Shown here one piece after another: positions 10,850 through 20,101 of a stretch of 64,000 nucleotides of DNA. The DNA is taken from the NCBI GenBank assembly GCA_039091735.1, contig JAWCLB010000001.1, positions 721-64,720 on the forward strand, given 5' to 3'. The stretch comes from Candidatus Aenigmatarchaeota archaeon. GTDB taxonomy: Archaea > Aenigmatarchaeota > Aenigmatarchaeia > GW2011-AR5 > JAHLMP01. The notes below the pieces were generated by a model. That model had not been told where the DNA came from, did not search any database, and saw only the letters and a program-made list of their open reading frames with translations. The position numbers and the translations under genes are program-made. The stretch's first letter is position 1, and each line of letters starts with the position of its first letter.

Positions 10850-10961
10850 GCGCTGGTAGTCCAGTTGGTTAAGATACTGCCCTGCCATAATTTTGCAGAA
10901 CGGCAGCGACGCGGGTTCGAAGAGAAAAGAATAATTTTTTGAGGAAATCCCGCCCAGCGCA
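10850..10961 (+). tRNA. tRNA-Gly(GCC) with two introns (13 nt at 37/38, 10888-10900; ~26 nt in the T-loop, ~10922-10947)
   Basis: GCGCTGG/CCAGCGC-A acceptor; CTGCC-CTGCCA[..]C-GGCAG with BHB central helix CTGC/GCAG; GCGGG-TTCGAA[..]T-CCCGC. Confidence 0.92.
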
Positions 10962-11001
10962 GATTTAAATAAATTAAAATAATTATTATTTAGTGAGATA
11001 A

Positions 11002-11433
11002 ATGCAATTCTTCAAAAAGGATAAGAAGGAAGAAGAGATCAAAGACACAGAAGAGCCAGAGCCAACGATTCAGATAAGTCCAAAACCAGAGGATATATCT
11101 GCCCCACTATTTGTAAAGGTGGATAAATACAAGGAAGCTTTACTAAATCTTCAGGAGATAAAAACGCTTCTAAATGGGCTAAAGAATATTTTTTCCATAC
11201 TGGAAGAAATGGAACAAGTCAAAAATGATGCCATAAATACATTACGAGTGACGCTTCAGAGAGTAGAAAAGAGTGTTATTGAGCTTGATAGCGGATTATT
11301 AAGACCTGCTGATGTAAAGCTCAAAATTGAAATTGAAGAGACGCCTGAAACAAAGGCTGTAGAAGATTCATTAATGGAATTGTACAACCAACTTAATACT
11401 ATTAGAGCGGAAATAGAAAAGGCTAAAGGCTAA
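11002..11433 (+). CDS. Hypothetical coiled-coil protein
   Basis: 143 aa, GTGA ribosome-binding motif 5 nt upstream, heptad-rich sequence. Confidence 0.75.
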   Translation: MQFFKKDKKEEEIKDTEEPEPTIQISPKPEDISAPLFVKVDKYKEALLNLQEIKTLLNGLKNIFSILEEMEQVKNDAINTLRVTLQRVEKSVIELDSGLLRPADVKLKIEIEETPETKAVEDSLMELYNQLNTIRAEIEKAKG

Positions 11434-12256
11434 GTCTTGTCATAAATAATGGGCTTGCTGATTTCAGAGAATTTTTGTATCACCCTAAAATGAGTCGTGA
11501 AACAAGGGCTTTATAATAATGAATTAATAAATTTCTTTAGTCTTTTGGTTTGCTTTATGGCAGAATATAAATTTGATGAAGATAAGCTCTGTGCAAATTG
11601 CCTATAACTACCAAATATTCTGAAAGCTTCTTTGAATCTTTTATACTTCAATAAGATTTCACCTCTCTTATATTATGAGGTTAACAATTTCTTAAGATAA
11701 GGCATACCTACATAGCTTGCAATCTCCTCTTGAACCCATTTATTAAATTCAGCTCTTTACCTTTCTTAAGTCCAATCTGGATATATTATGAATCCTTTAC
11801 TCGTTCTTGCGCTCTTTTATTGATTTTTCTATCATAAAATTATGAGGTAAAAATAAGTTTGATAACTCGATATATTCTGAAGCGATGACAATTTCTTTGA
11901 TATATCTTTAGTTGATGTAAACAAATATTCTGAATGTTGTTTACAATAAACAAATCTGTCTCAAAATCCTTTGTATATTTCATCTGATTTGGGTAATAGC
12001 TTGTCTAATACTTTGGCCAATATTAAGTATCTGGCAAGGCTTTTCCTTAACTATCTCTTAAGTCATCTATTGGTATGGCCTTCACAAATTTCATTAGCTT
12101 TCATATAGCCTTCTAGCTAGACATCTAAGCATAAATGTAGTTTTTTATCTTTATAACACAGCCTTAGAACTAAGCTTATTTTTTATTCTTTAGTATGTAT
12201 ATTACACTATAGAAAACTTTAAATAGTAGTTATCACATAGTAGTATAGTGATTGAA

Positions 12257-12655
12257 ATGGTTAAAGAAAAGAAAATAACAAGAGAGGATATAGAAAGGGC
12301 AACACTAGAATTGGGTCCAACATTACTTAGAATATATGAAAGCGATAAAGGCCTGCAAGACTATGTTAAAGCTTATGAAGAAAGCCTAAAAAAGAAAAGG
12401 GTTGACTACATAAAATTGGATGGTCATATATATAGAATCGAACATGTTGGAAGAGACCCACTAACAGGGGGTGAGATGGGCATAATATTTACAATATTGA
12501 GGGAGGATGGCAAAATAGGCGAAGTTCCCCTTACTGAGCACCCTATCTATATTAGTGGGGTATTAAATTCAATAAAGAAATATGCAAAGGAAAAAAAGAA
12601 AGAAGAGATTATAAAGGCGAATAAAGAGATCTTTAAGAAATATAATATTGATTGA
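12257..12655 (+). CDS. Hypothetical protein
   Basis: ORF with TTTAAATA box and GTGA-5nt-ATG upstream. Confidence 0.65.
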   Translation: MVKEKKITREDIERATLELGPTLLRIYESDKGLQDYVKAYEESLKKKRVDYIKLDGHIYRIEHVGRDPLTGGEMGIIFTILREDGKIGEVPLTEHPIYISGVLNSIKKYAKEKKKEEIIKANKEIFKKYNID

Positions 12656-12776
12656 TTATCCTATTCTTGAACTCAAATGCCCTCTCTACTTATTATTTGC
12701 CACAGAAGTTGAGCACAATAATCTTGCCTAAACTATATATATTGCTACTATACAAAATAATTATGAGGATGGTATC

Positions 12777-13232
12777 ATGAAAGGGATATCGCCATTAATA
12801 GCTGCTGTCCTGTTGATAGCGTTTACAGTAAGCGTCTCACTAATAATCTCAGGATGGTTCACTTCATTAACAAGATCTACTACAGAAAATATTAGTAATC
12901 GGTCTGCTCAAAGTATAGAGTGTTCGTATGGTGGAATTAATATAAGAAGACCATGCAAAAGCGGCGAAAATATTACTGGCATAATTGAAAATACAGGTTC
13001 TGTGGATCTAAGCAATATCGGCATGGAAATCCTGTATTCGAATGGTAGCTCAAGAAATTATAACTACACCCAACTTGGCTTTAGCAGCAATTCTCTTCTT
13101 GTCGGCAACCAACAGTATTTCAATGTTGAGCTTGGTGCTTCACTAAGTGATATAATTTTAATTAGGGTAAAAACCAATTGTCCTCAGGTCGATGATGAGA
13201 TAGAGTCAAGCACAATAACAGCCTGTACTTAA
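12777..13232 (+). CDS. Archaeal type IV pilin-like protein
   Basis: Class III signal peptide MKG|ISPLIAAVLLIAFTV; IENTGSVDL motif. Confidence 0.85.
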   Translation: MKGISPLIAAVLLIAFTVSVSLIISGWFTSLTRSTTENISNRSAQSIECSYGGINIRRPCKSGENITGIIENTGSVDLSNIGMEILYSNGSSRNYNYTQLGFSSNSLLVGNQQYFNVELGASLSDIILIRVKTNCPQVDDEIESSTITACT

Positions 13233-13288
13233 ACTTAAATACTTTTTGGTCAATTATTTATTATCGTTTTCTCTTGAAGGTTTTTCAA

Positions 13289-13885
13289 ATGAGGCAAGAA
13301 ACAGAGAAATACGGAACAACAACATGTGGTTTAATCGCAAAGAATTGTTTAGTGTTAGCAGCAGAAACAAAGGCCACGATGGGAAATTTGGTTATAAGTA
13401 AAGAGGATAAGAAGATATATCAGATAGATGATAAGATAGCTATAGCAACAGCTGGGTCAGTAGGTGATTTGCAACAGCTAATAAGGATACTGAAGGCAGA
13501 AATCAATTTATATAAATTGGAAAGAGAGGTAACAGTCAATGCAGCTGCAACTTTGCTATCAAACATACTTCAGTCAAGCAGAATATTTCCTTTTATGGTA
13601 GGTTTGATTCTTGGTGGTTTTGACTCGACTGGATTTCGCCTTTTTGGTATTGATGCAATAGGCGGGATAACAGAGGATAAATATATCTCGACAGGCTCGG
13701 GCTCTCCCATAGTTTACGGTATTCTCGAAAAAGACTATAAGGAAGATTTAACAAAAAATGATGCTATAAATCTTTTGGTTCAGGCAATAAGGGCAGCAAG
13801 AGAAAGGGATGTATACTCTGGCGGAAAGAAAATAAATATTGCTGTTATTACAGAAAAGGGTATTGAATTTTCGTCTATGGAATAA
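13289..13885 (+). CDS. psmB: Proteasome subunit beta
   Basis: Propeptide followed by G|TTT; AGSVGD; STGSGS; RDVYSG. Confidence 0.95.
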   Translation: MRQETEKYGTTTCGLIAKNCLVLAAETKATMGNLVISKEDKKIYQIDDKIAIATAGSVGDLQQLIRILKAEINLYKLEREVTVNAAATLLSNILQSSRIFPFMVGLILGGFDSTGFRLFGIDAIGGITEDKYISTGSGSPIVYGILEKDYKEDLTKNDAINLLVQAIRAARERDVYSGGKKINIAVITEKGIEFSSME

Positions 13886-13936
13886 AAAAATTCTGTAATT
13901 ATTCTCAGTGTTTCAATAAATTCTAAAGTGAATAAA

Positions 13937-15808
13937 ATGAACGAAAGCATAATTGAAAAGATTAAGAAAGAAATACCAGAAGATGTAATCAGCGAAATCT
14001 GTTATGAGGGTTCAGATATAGTCATATATACAAAGGATGAAGACTTTTTGAAAAATTCATATGAACTCATAAAATCCATAGTTGATAAACTAAAAAAGAG
14101 GATTAGCATAAGGGCAGACCCAAGTATTACAGAAAAGGTGGATAAAACAGAAGAGATAATAAGAAGCCTTGTTTCTGAAGAAGGAGAACTTACTAACATT
14201 TATTTTGAACCAGAATTTTCTAAAGTAATAATACACGCAAAAAAACCAGGCATAATTATCGGAAAAAACGGAGAAAATGTAAAGAAGATTATAGAAAAAA
14301 CGAATTGGCTTCCTGTTGTCAAACGCAGTTGTATAATAGAAAGTGATGTTGTACGTGCAATAAGAAATATGCTACATAAAGAGGCTGGTAACAGAAAAAA
14401 ATTCCTAAATGAGCTTGGTAAAAAAATATATTCACCAATGAAAGATGTTGAGTGGATAAGAGCCACGCTTTTGGGTGGTTTTAAAGAAGTCGGAAGGTCG
14501 TGCATTTTATTAAGAACCCCTCAAACAAACATATTATTAGATTGTGGGATTTCTGTTTCTAATCAAAAGCAACCGTATCCACACCTAGACGTACCTGAAT
14601 TCATTATACAGGAGCTCGATGCAATTGTTATATCGCACGCTCATCTTGACCATTGCGGCCTAATACCAATGCTATACGAGAAATATAACTTTAGAGGGCC
14701 TGTGTATTGCACAGAGCCTACGCGAGACCTAATGGCTCTGCTCCAATTAGATTATATAGATGTGTGCCAAAAAGAGAATAAAGAATTGCCATATGGAATA
14801 AAAGGAATAGAGGAAACAATAAAACATAGTATTGCCTTAGAATATGGAGAAGTCAGCGACATAGCACCTGATATGAGGCTAACACTTGAGAACGCTGGTC
14901 ATATGCTTGGCTCATCCCTTATTCATCTGAATATCGGAAATGGTGCATACAATCTTCTATATACAGGTGATATTAAGTACGGGACTACAAGATTGTTTAG
15001 CCCCGCAAGAACAGATTTCACGAGAGTAGAAGGATTAATAATAGAATCTACTTATGGTAGCAGTGAGGATGTGCAACCACCAAGAAGAGAGGTTGAATTC
15101 AAACTGATAGATGCTGTAAAGCGAGTAGTAGAAAGGGGTGGAAAGGTGTTAATCCCAAGTTTTGCTGCTGAAAGGGGTCAGGAGGTTGTAGCTATACTTA
15201 CGTCTATTGGTGTTAACGAACTTGATGTCCCAATATATCTTGATGGTATGCTGTGGGATGCAACTGCTATCCATACTGCCTATCCTGAGTTTTTAAGCAA
15301 AGAGATGCAAACCAAAATCCTCCACAGATCTGAAAATCCTTTTTTAGATCCAAGAATAAAGGGCATAGGTTCTCAACAAGAAAGAGAAAACGCGATAACA
15401 GAAGCAAAGCCAAGTGTTATCATCTCAACCTCTGGGATGTTAAATGGAGGACCTATTTTAAATTACTTGGAAAGGCTTGGTGACAACCCAAAAAATATGT
15501 TAATATTTGTCGGATATCAGGGAGAAGGCACGCTTGGCCGAAGAATCCAAAAGGGATGGCGCTACCTATCAATAAATGGTAGAACAGTTGAACTTAATCT
15601 AGAAGTTATGTCAATTGAAGGTCTAAGTGGACACTCTCCACAAAAAGAGCTTATTAATTATGTTGAACACCTTAGAACTCTTCCAAGAAAGATTATGGTA
15701 AATCACGGTGAAAGCTCTAAATGTTCAGAGCTCGCAAGAACTCTTTATCAGATATTTAAAGTCGAGACTTCAGCGCCAAAAAACCTAGAAACCGTTAGAC
15801 TAAAATAA
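13937..15808 (+). CDS. fttA: Beta-CASP ribonuclease aCPSF1 / termination factor FttA
   Basis: N-terminal KH domains (KPGIIIGKNG), SHAHLDH, GHMLGS, ESTYG, SGHS, NHGE. Confidence 0.95.
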   Translation: MNESIIEKIKKEIPEDVISEICYEGSDIVIYTKDEDFLKNSYELIKSIVDKLKKRISIRADPSITEKVDKTEEIIRSLVSEEGELTNIYFEPEFSKVIIHAKKPGIIIGKNGENVKKIIEKTNWLPVVKRSCIIESDVVRAIRNMLHKEAGNRKKFLNELGKKIYSPMKDVEWIRATLLGGFKEVGRSCILLRTPQTNILLDCGISVSNQKQPYPHLDVPEFIIQELDAIVISHAHLDHCGLIPMLYEKYNFRGPVYCTEPTRDLMALLQLDYIDVCQKENKELPYGIKGIEETIKHSIALEYGEVSDIAPDMRLTLENAGHMLGSSLIHLNIGNGAYNLLYTGDIKYGTTRLFSPARTDFTRVEGLIIESTYGSSEDVQPPRREVEFKLIDAVKRVVERGGKVLIPSFAAERGQEVVAILTSIGVNELDVPIYLDGMLWDATAIHTAYPEFLSKEMQTKILHRSENPFLDPRIKGIGSQQERENAITEAKPSVIISTSGMLNGGPILNYLERLGDNPKNMLIFVGYQGEGTLGRRIQKGWRYLSINGRTVELNLEVMSIEGLSGHSPQKELINYVEHLRTLPRKIMVNHGESSKCSELARTLYQIFKVETSAPKNLETVRLK

Positions 15809-15880
15809 ATTTTTTCATGCAAACAGCAAACTTTAATTGACTTTGCTCCTCTTTTGAATAATAATCTTTATGGTGGCAAA

Positions 15881-16972
15881 ATGGAATACAGAAGGGTCAG
15901 AGAAGGTGAAGTCGAGATTTATGTACCTAATGTAGAACTCCCTGAAAAAGGGAGAAAATATGGTTTCTACAATCCTGAGATGAAAACAGACAGAGACATT
16001 TCAGTAGCAACTTTGTCTGTGTTTAAGAAAATTTTTTCAGAAATCTCTAGTAAAGAAATTAAAATTTGCGACTTATTGTGCGCCACAGGTATAAGGGGCA
16101 TAAGATATAAAAAAGAGATTGGGGGCGAGGTTACTATAAATGATGTCAACGAAAATGCAATAGAACTTGCAAAAAGAAATGTTGACCTAAATGGATTAAA
16201 TGTAACTGTAAGAAATGAAGATGCAAATCTCCTGCTTGCAAAAGAGAGGTTTGATGTAATAGACATAGATCCATTTGGCTCTCCTGTATATTTTGTAGGA
16301 GCAGCTGCAAGGTCATTAACAAAATTTTCATTTTTGTGCGTAACAGCAACTGATACAGCAACCCTGTTTGGTGTGCACCCTGAAACATGCAGAAGAAGAT
16401 ATGGGGCATTATCCATAAAATGCCAATTCTCGAAAGAGCTCGGAACAAGAATATTATTGAGCTTTTTGATAAAGGAATTTGCAAAATACGGGAAGTGTTT
16501 TACTCCTATCTTGTCATATTCAAAGAGGCATTATGTGAGAATTTTCGGTATGGTTGAAAAGTCAGGCAATAAAATCAATAAAATATTAAATCAGCTTAAG
16601 CTTTTGTCATATTATGATGGACTATGGCAAGAGGGTATAAAAAATGGGATGAAACCCATTGGCGAGATATATCTTGGAGAGACTAGCAATAAGGAATTTT
16701 GTAATAAGATTATAGAAGAGGTTAAAAAGAGGGGGCTAGAAGGAATAAAGATTTTGAATATGATAACAGACGAGATAGATGAACCTTTTTATTATGATAT
16801 TCGATGGATTGCAAAGAGATATAAGATAAAAATGCTTCCAATAGAAGAGATTATAAGCTGGTTGAGACAAATGGGATTTAAGGCGAGCAGAACTGCTTTC
16901 TGTGATTTCGGAATCAAGACAAATGCTAGAGCAGAAGATATTAAAAATATTAAAAAAATAGAAGGTTTATGA
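15881..16972 (+). CDS. trm1: tRNA (guanine-26-N2)-dimethyltransferase Trm1
   Basis: FYNPEM..RD, ATGIRGIR, DIDPFGSP, VTATD, ELGTRIL. Confidence 0.9.
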   Translation: MEYRRVREGEVEIYVPNVELPEKGRKYGFYNPEMKTDRDISVATLSVFKKIFSEISSKEIKICDLLCATGIRGIRYKKEIGGEVTINDVNENAIELAKRNVDLNGLNVTVRNEDANLLLAKERFDVIDIDPFGSPVYFVGAAARSLTKFSFLCVTATDTATLFGVHPETCRRRYGALSIKCQFSKELGTRILLSFLIKEFAKYGKCFTPILSYSKRHYVRIFGMVEKSGNKINKILNQLKLLSYYDGLWQEGIKNGMKPIGEIYLGETSNKEFCNKIIEEVKKRGLEGIKILNMITDEIDEPFYYDIRWIAKRYKIKMLPIEEIISWLRQMGFKASRTAFCDFGIKTNARAEDIKNIKKIEGL

Positions 16973-17550
16973 AACGCTTATTGGAATTGGCAAAACTTAT
17001 TAATGATAAAGAATTGAGAGAAAAGACTATTGAATTGCTGAAGAACACGAGAATCTCTAATAAATACTTCAAAAAATACAAAGAAAAGGGAATAAAAATT
17101 GATAAAGCATTTGGTGGACCGAGCAATTTCCATCACGCATATAGCGGTGGATTGGTTGAACATACATATGCCGTCACTACTTTTTGCATAGAACTAGCAA
17201 AAAATCTCGAAAAGGTATATAATATCAAGATTAACATGGACTATCTTATCTCTGCTGCTCTTTTGCACGATATAATGAAAATTTTCTATTTCAAAAGGGT
17301 AGGAAAGAATATAATCTCTGCAGATGTAATGTTAGACCATGGTATATGGGCTTGCTGTGAACTCTACTTAAGAGATTTTCCTGAAGAGATAATTCACATC
17401 ATTGCAAGCCATTTTGGACCATCAGGACCAAATCCGCCACAGACAATAGAAGCTATAATCCTGTTTTATGCTGATTCTTTAGATGCTAGTATAGATTCAT
17501 TATTACATCGCAAAAAGATTATTATCTTAGATTCAAACTCTGTGTCTTGA
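16969..17550 (+). CDS. HD-domain protein (YhaM-like)
   Basis: HHAYSGGLVEHT, ALLHDIMK, HIIASH, ADSLDA. Confidence 0.85.
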   Translation: MKRLLELAKLINDKELREKTIELLKNTRISNKYFKKYKEKGIKIDKAFGGPSNFHHAYSGGLVEHTYAVTTFCIELAKNLEKVYNIKINMDYLISAALLHDIMKIFYFKRVGKNIISADVMLDHGIWACCELYLRDFPEEIIHIIASHFGPSGPNPPQTIEAIILFYADSLDASIDSLLHRKKIIILDSNSVS

Positions 17551-17791
17551 TGCATCAAGACAGGCACAAGATTCACATTAGTAAATTGGTTCTTCGTATT
17601 TTGATTGGGGCCTTGCCTAAATATCTGGCATGCATGCGGTATTGTTAGAAGAACAACGCATGCAGGTTGTTCACATAATCCGCTAGTAGTATTTGCTTTG
17701 ATTTTGAAAAACAATGATTAATATAGAGAATTGAACGAATTTTTTGAAAGGATTATAGAAATATTATCAAAAGGGTGTTGAGTACGTATTT

Positions 17792-17930
17792 GTGAACTAC
17801 TCCTAAGCCTTTGGAAGGGTCTTCCTGTTTCGTAATCCCATCGTCAGAGTGAGACAGATTATTCCTATTACGAGCAAGGCTCATGGATTAGCGCAGGTGT
17901 TTATGATTAAGGTAATTCAGGCGTCTGCAA
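17792..17930 (-). mobile_element. Degenerate non-autonomous IS200/IS605-type right-end relic
   Basis: Minus strand reads ...CAGGAAGACCCTTCCAAAGGCTTAGGAGTAGTTCAC, resembling the GAAGCCCC..hairpin..GGGGTAGTTCAC ends of tnpB elements; no tnpA/tnpB ORF nearby; the far boundary is approximate. Confidence 0.5.
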
Positions 17931-18049
17931 TAGTTTCACTAAAAATATATGTGAAAGAATATAAGTTACCTTTCATCTTAAGCTTTCACAAATGGCTTCT
18001 TGGTGATGAAGCTAAAAAGACTAAAAGAACATCTCTTATATAATCATGT

Positions 18050-18895
18050 TTATCTACGAATAATAATTCGTCTTCTTATTTTAGCATCCAAAACAATATG
18101 AAAAACCTTTGGTGCGTAGCTCTTAACTTTTCTTTTTTCCAAAATTTTTTCTACCTCGTATCCATTTTTTTCTGCATAATATTTTATTGTTTCAATCGGC
18201 CTTTTCCACAAATCCTCCTTTTTGAAGATATTATGATAATGAATTATTCCGTGATTCTTCGAGAATGAAAATGCACTTGGCAGAAACTTGTCGGTATCTT
18301 TGATATATCCCATTATTACATGGTCAGCAATACCTTGAAAATTCTTTTGTTTCGCAACCTGTCTGCAGTCACCCAAAATCGGAACAATGTTTGTTATTTT
18401 ATTCAATTTTATGTTTTCTTGCAAGAGCTTGAAAGCATAAGGATTCTTCTCTATTGCATATATTATCTTTGCTTTAGAAAATTTGCCTATACCCAGAGAA
18501 AAATAACCAATCCCTGCAAACATATCAACAACTGTAACATTTGGGCTTATCTCTTTGATCAATCGCTGACGCTCGTAAAGATTCCCTTTGGAAAACATAA
18601 CCCTTGAGACATCAATCTTATATAAAATCCCATTTTCTTTGTGAATAGTTTCTGTCTCACAGCCAGCTAAGATATTAATTTTCGGCATTCTGAATACGCC
18701 CTTTATTTCAGATAACTCACAAACTGTTTTTATATGGGGCAATACCTCTAGAACAGCAGATGCAAGAGCCTTCTTTTCTTTTTTCAGCAACCTCTGAGAC
18801 TTTATTAAGAAGATATCCCCAATTATCTGATATGAATTTGGTATTTTCTCTTTACTTATTCCGGATTTTTCAGCAAGCTTTTCTCTTAGAGACAT
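18050..18895 (-). CDS. Trm5/Taw2 (Met-10+) family tRNA G37/wyosine SAM-dependent transferase
   Basis: YQIIGD, HKENG, MFSKGNLYER, DMFAGIGYF, IEKNP, VKSYAP. Confidence 0.85.
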   Translation of the reverse strand: MSLREKLAEKSGISKEKIPNSYQIIGDIFLIKSQRLLKKEKKALASAVLEVLPHIKTVCELSEIKGVFRMPKINILAGCETETIHKENGILYKIDVSRVMFSKGNLYERQRLIKEISPNVTVVDMFAGIGYFSLGIGKFSKAKIIYAIEKNPYAFKLLQENIKLNKITNIVPILGDCRQVAKQKNFQGIADHVIMGYIKDTDKFLPSAFSFSKNHGIIHYHNIFKKEDLWKRPIETIKYYAEKNGYEVEKILEKRKVKSYAPKVFHIVLDAKIRRRIIIRR

Positions 18896-19050
18896 AAATT
18901 AAAAATATGAATAGGAAATATTAATCTGCATGAATCATGTAAAAAATACTATCGTTAATAAAATTTCATTATTTTATTGAAAAAGAATTAAGTATCTTTT
19001 AAAGGATTCGTTTATACTCTCCAGTTAATTTTTAGATGGTGTGAACAAAA

Positions 19051-19980
19051 ATGGAACAAATTATAAACTATGATGATATAAAAAGATTGGAGAAAGCCGG
19101 ATTTAGGTTTATTGGCAAGCATAAGCACTCTGCAATCAAGATATGTGAGTGGACAAGAAAAGCCATACGTGGTGATAATTTTTGTTATAAGCAGAAATTT
19201 TATGGCATAAACTCTCATCGTTGCTTGCAAATGACGCCAGCATTCCAATTCTGTACACATCGTTGCCTTTTCTGTTGGAGGGACATAAGTATAACATATC
19301 CAAAATGGAATTGTCCAATAGATGAGCCTAAGCAAATACTAGACGAAGCGATTAAAGCCCAGCAAAAGATTCTACAGGGGTTCGGCGGAAATATTAAAGT
19401 TACAAAGAAGAGGTTTAATGAGGCCATGAATCCAAATCAGGTGGCAATATCCTTAGCAGGTGAGCCAACACTATATCCCAAATTGCCAGAACTTATAGAC
19501 GAGATCAAGATGCGCAATATGACATCTTTTCTCGTTAGCAATGGAACCAAACCAGATATGATAAAAAGATTGCTAAATCATCAGCCTAACCAACTTTATA
19601 TTACATTACCTGCACCAAACGAGAAGGTATATAAACAGACATGCCAACCTCTAATAGAAGATGGGTGGGAAAGAATAATGAAAACACTATCATTATTGAA
19701 GAAATTCTCATGTAATACAGTTATCCGTTTAACTTTAGTAAAAGGTATTAACTTTATTGACCCAGAAGGATATGCAAAGATTATATTGGATGCGAGCCCA
19801 AAATACATAGAGGTGAAAAGCTTTATGTCTGTTGGGTTTGCTAGGCAACGCCTGCCATACTCTGCTATGCCATTACATAATGAAATAATAAAATTTGCAG
19901 AAGAAATAGAAAGAGCGATTAACTACAAAATCATAGACGAAAAAAGAGATAGCAGAGTTGTTTTATTAATAAAAAAATAG
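19051..19980 (+). CDS. taw1: 4-demethylwyosine synthase Taw1/TYW1 (radical SAM)
   Basis: HSAIKICEWT, CYKQKFYGINSHRC, CTHRCLFCWR, SLAGEPTLY. Confidence 0.95.
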   Translation: MEQIINYDDIKRLEKAGFRFIGKHKHSAIKICEWTRKAIRGDNFCYKQKFYGINSHRCLQMTPAFQFCTHRCLFCWRDISITYPKWNCPIDEPKQILDEAIKAQQKILQGFGGNIKVTKKRFNEAMNPNQVAISLAGEPTLYPKLPELIDEIKMRNMTSFLVSNGTKPDMIKRLLNHQPNQLYITLPAPNEKVYKQTCQPLIEDGWERIMKTLSLLKKFSCNTVIRLTLVKGINFIDPEGYAKIILDASPKYIEVKSFMSVGFARQRLPYSAMPLHNEIIKFAEEIERAINYKIIDEKRDSRVVLLIKK

Positions 19981-20021
19981 AAAATAAAAAATAGAAAACT
20001 CAAAATCTCATTGCTTTGTTT

Positions 20022-20048
20022 TTATTTCTTTCCCTTCTTCTTCGCCAT
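20022..20048 (-). CDS. Putative 8-aa basic micropeptide MAKKKGKK
   Basis: ATG GCG AAG AAG AAG GGA AAG AAA TAA preceded by AAGTGA at 5-nt spacing and a TTTAAATA box, followed by T-rich tracts. Confidence 0.35.
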   Translation of the reverse strand: MAKKKGKK

Positions 20049-20084
20049 TTTTATCACTTATAATAAAATTAATATCATAAGAAG

Positions 20085-20100
20085 TATTTAAAGTTTTTGG
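20085..20100 (-). promoter_or_regulatory. BRE-TATA-like promoter (CCAAAAAC TTTAAATA)
   Basis: A-rich element followed by TTTAAATA about 36 nt upstream of the micro-ORF ATG. Confidence 0.4.
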
Positions 20101-20101
20101 T

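Noticed and set aside
17849..18043. 64-aa ORF
   Set aside because: Overlaps the IS-like relic, has no motif and no ribosome-binding signal.
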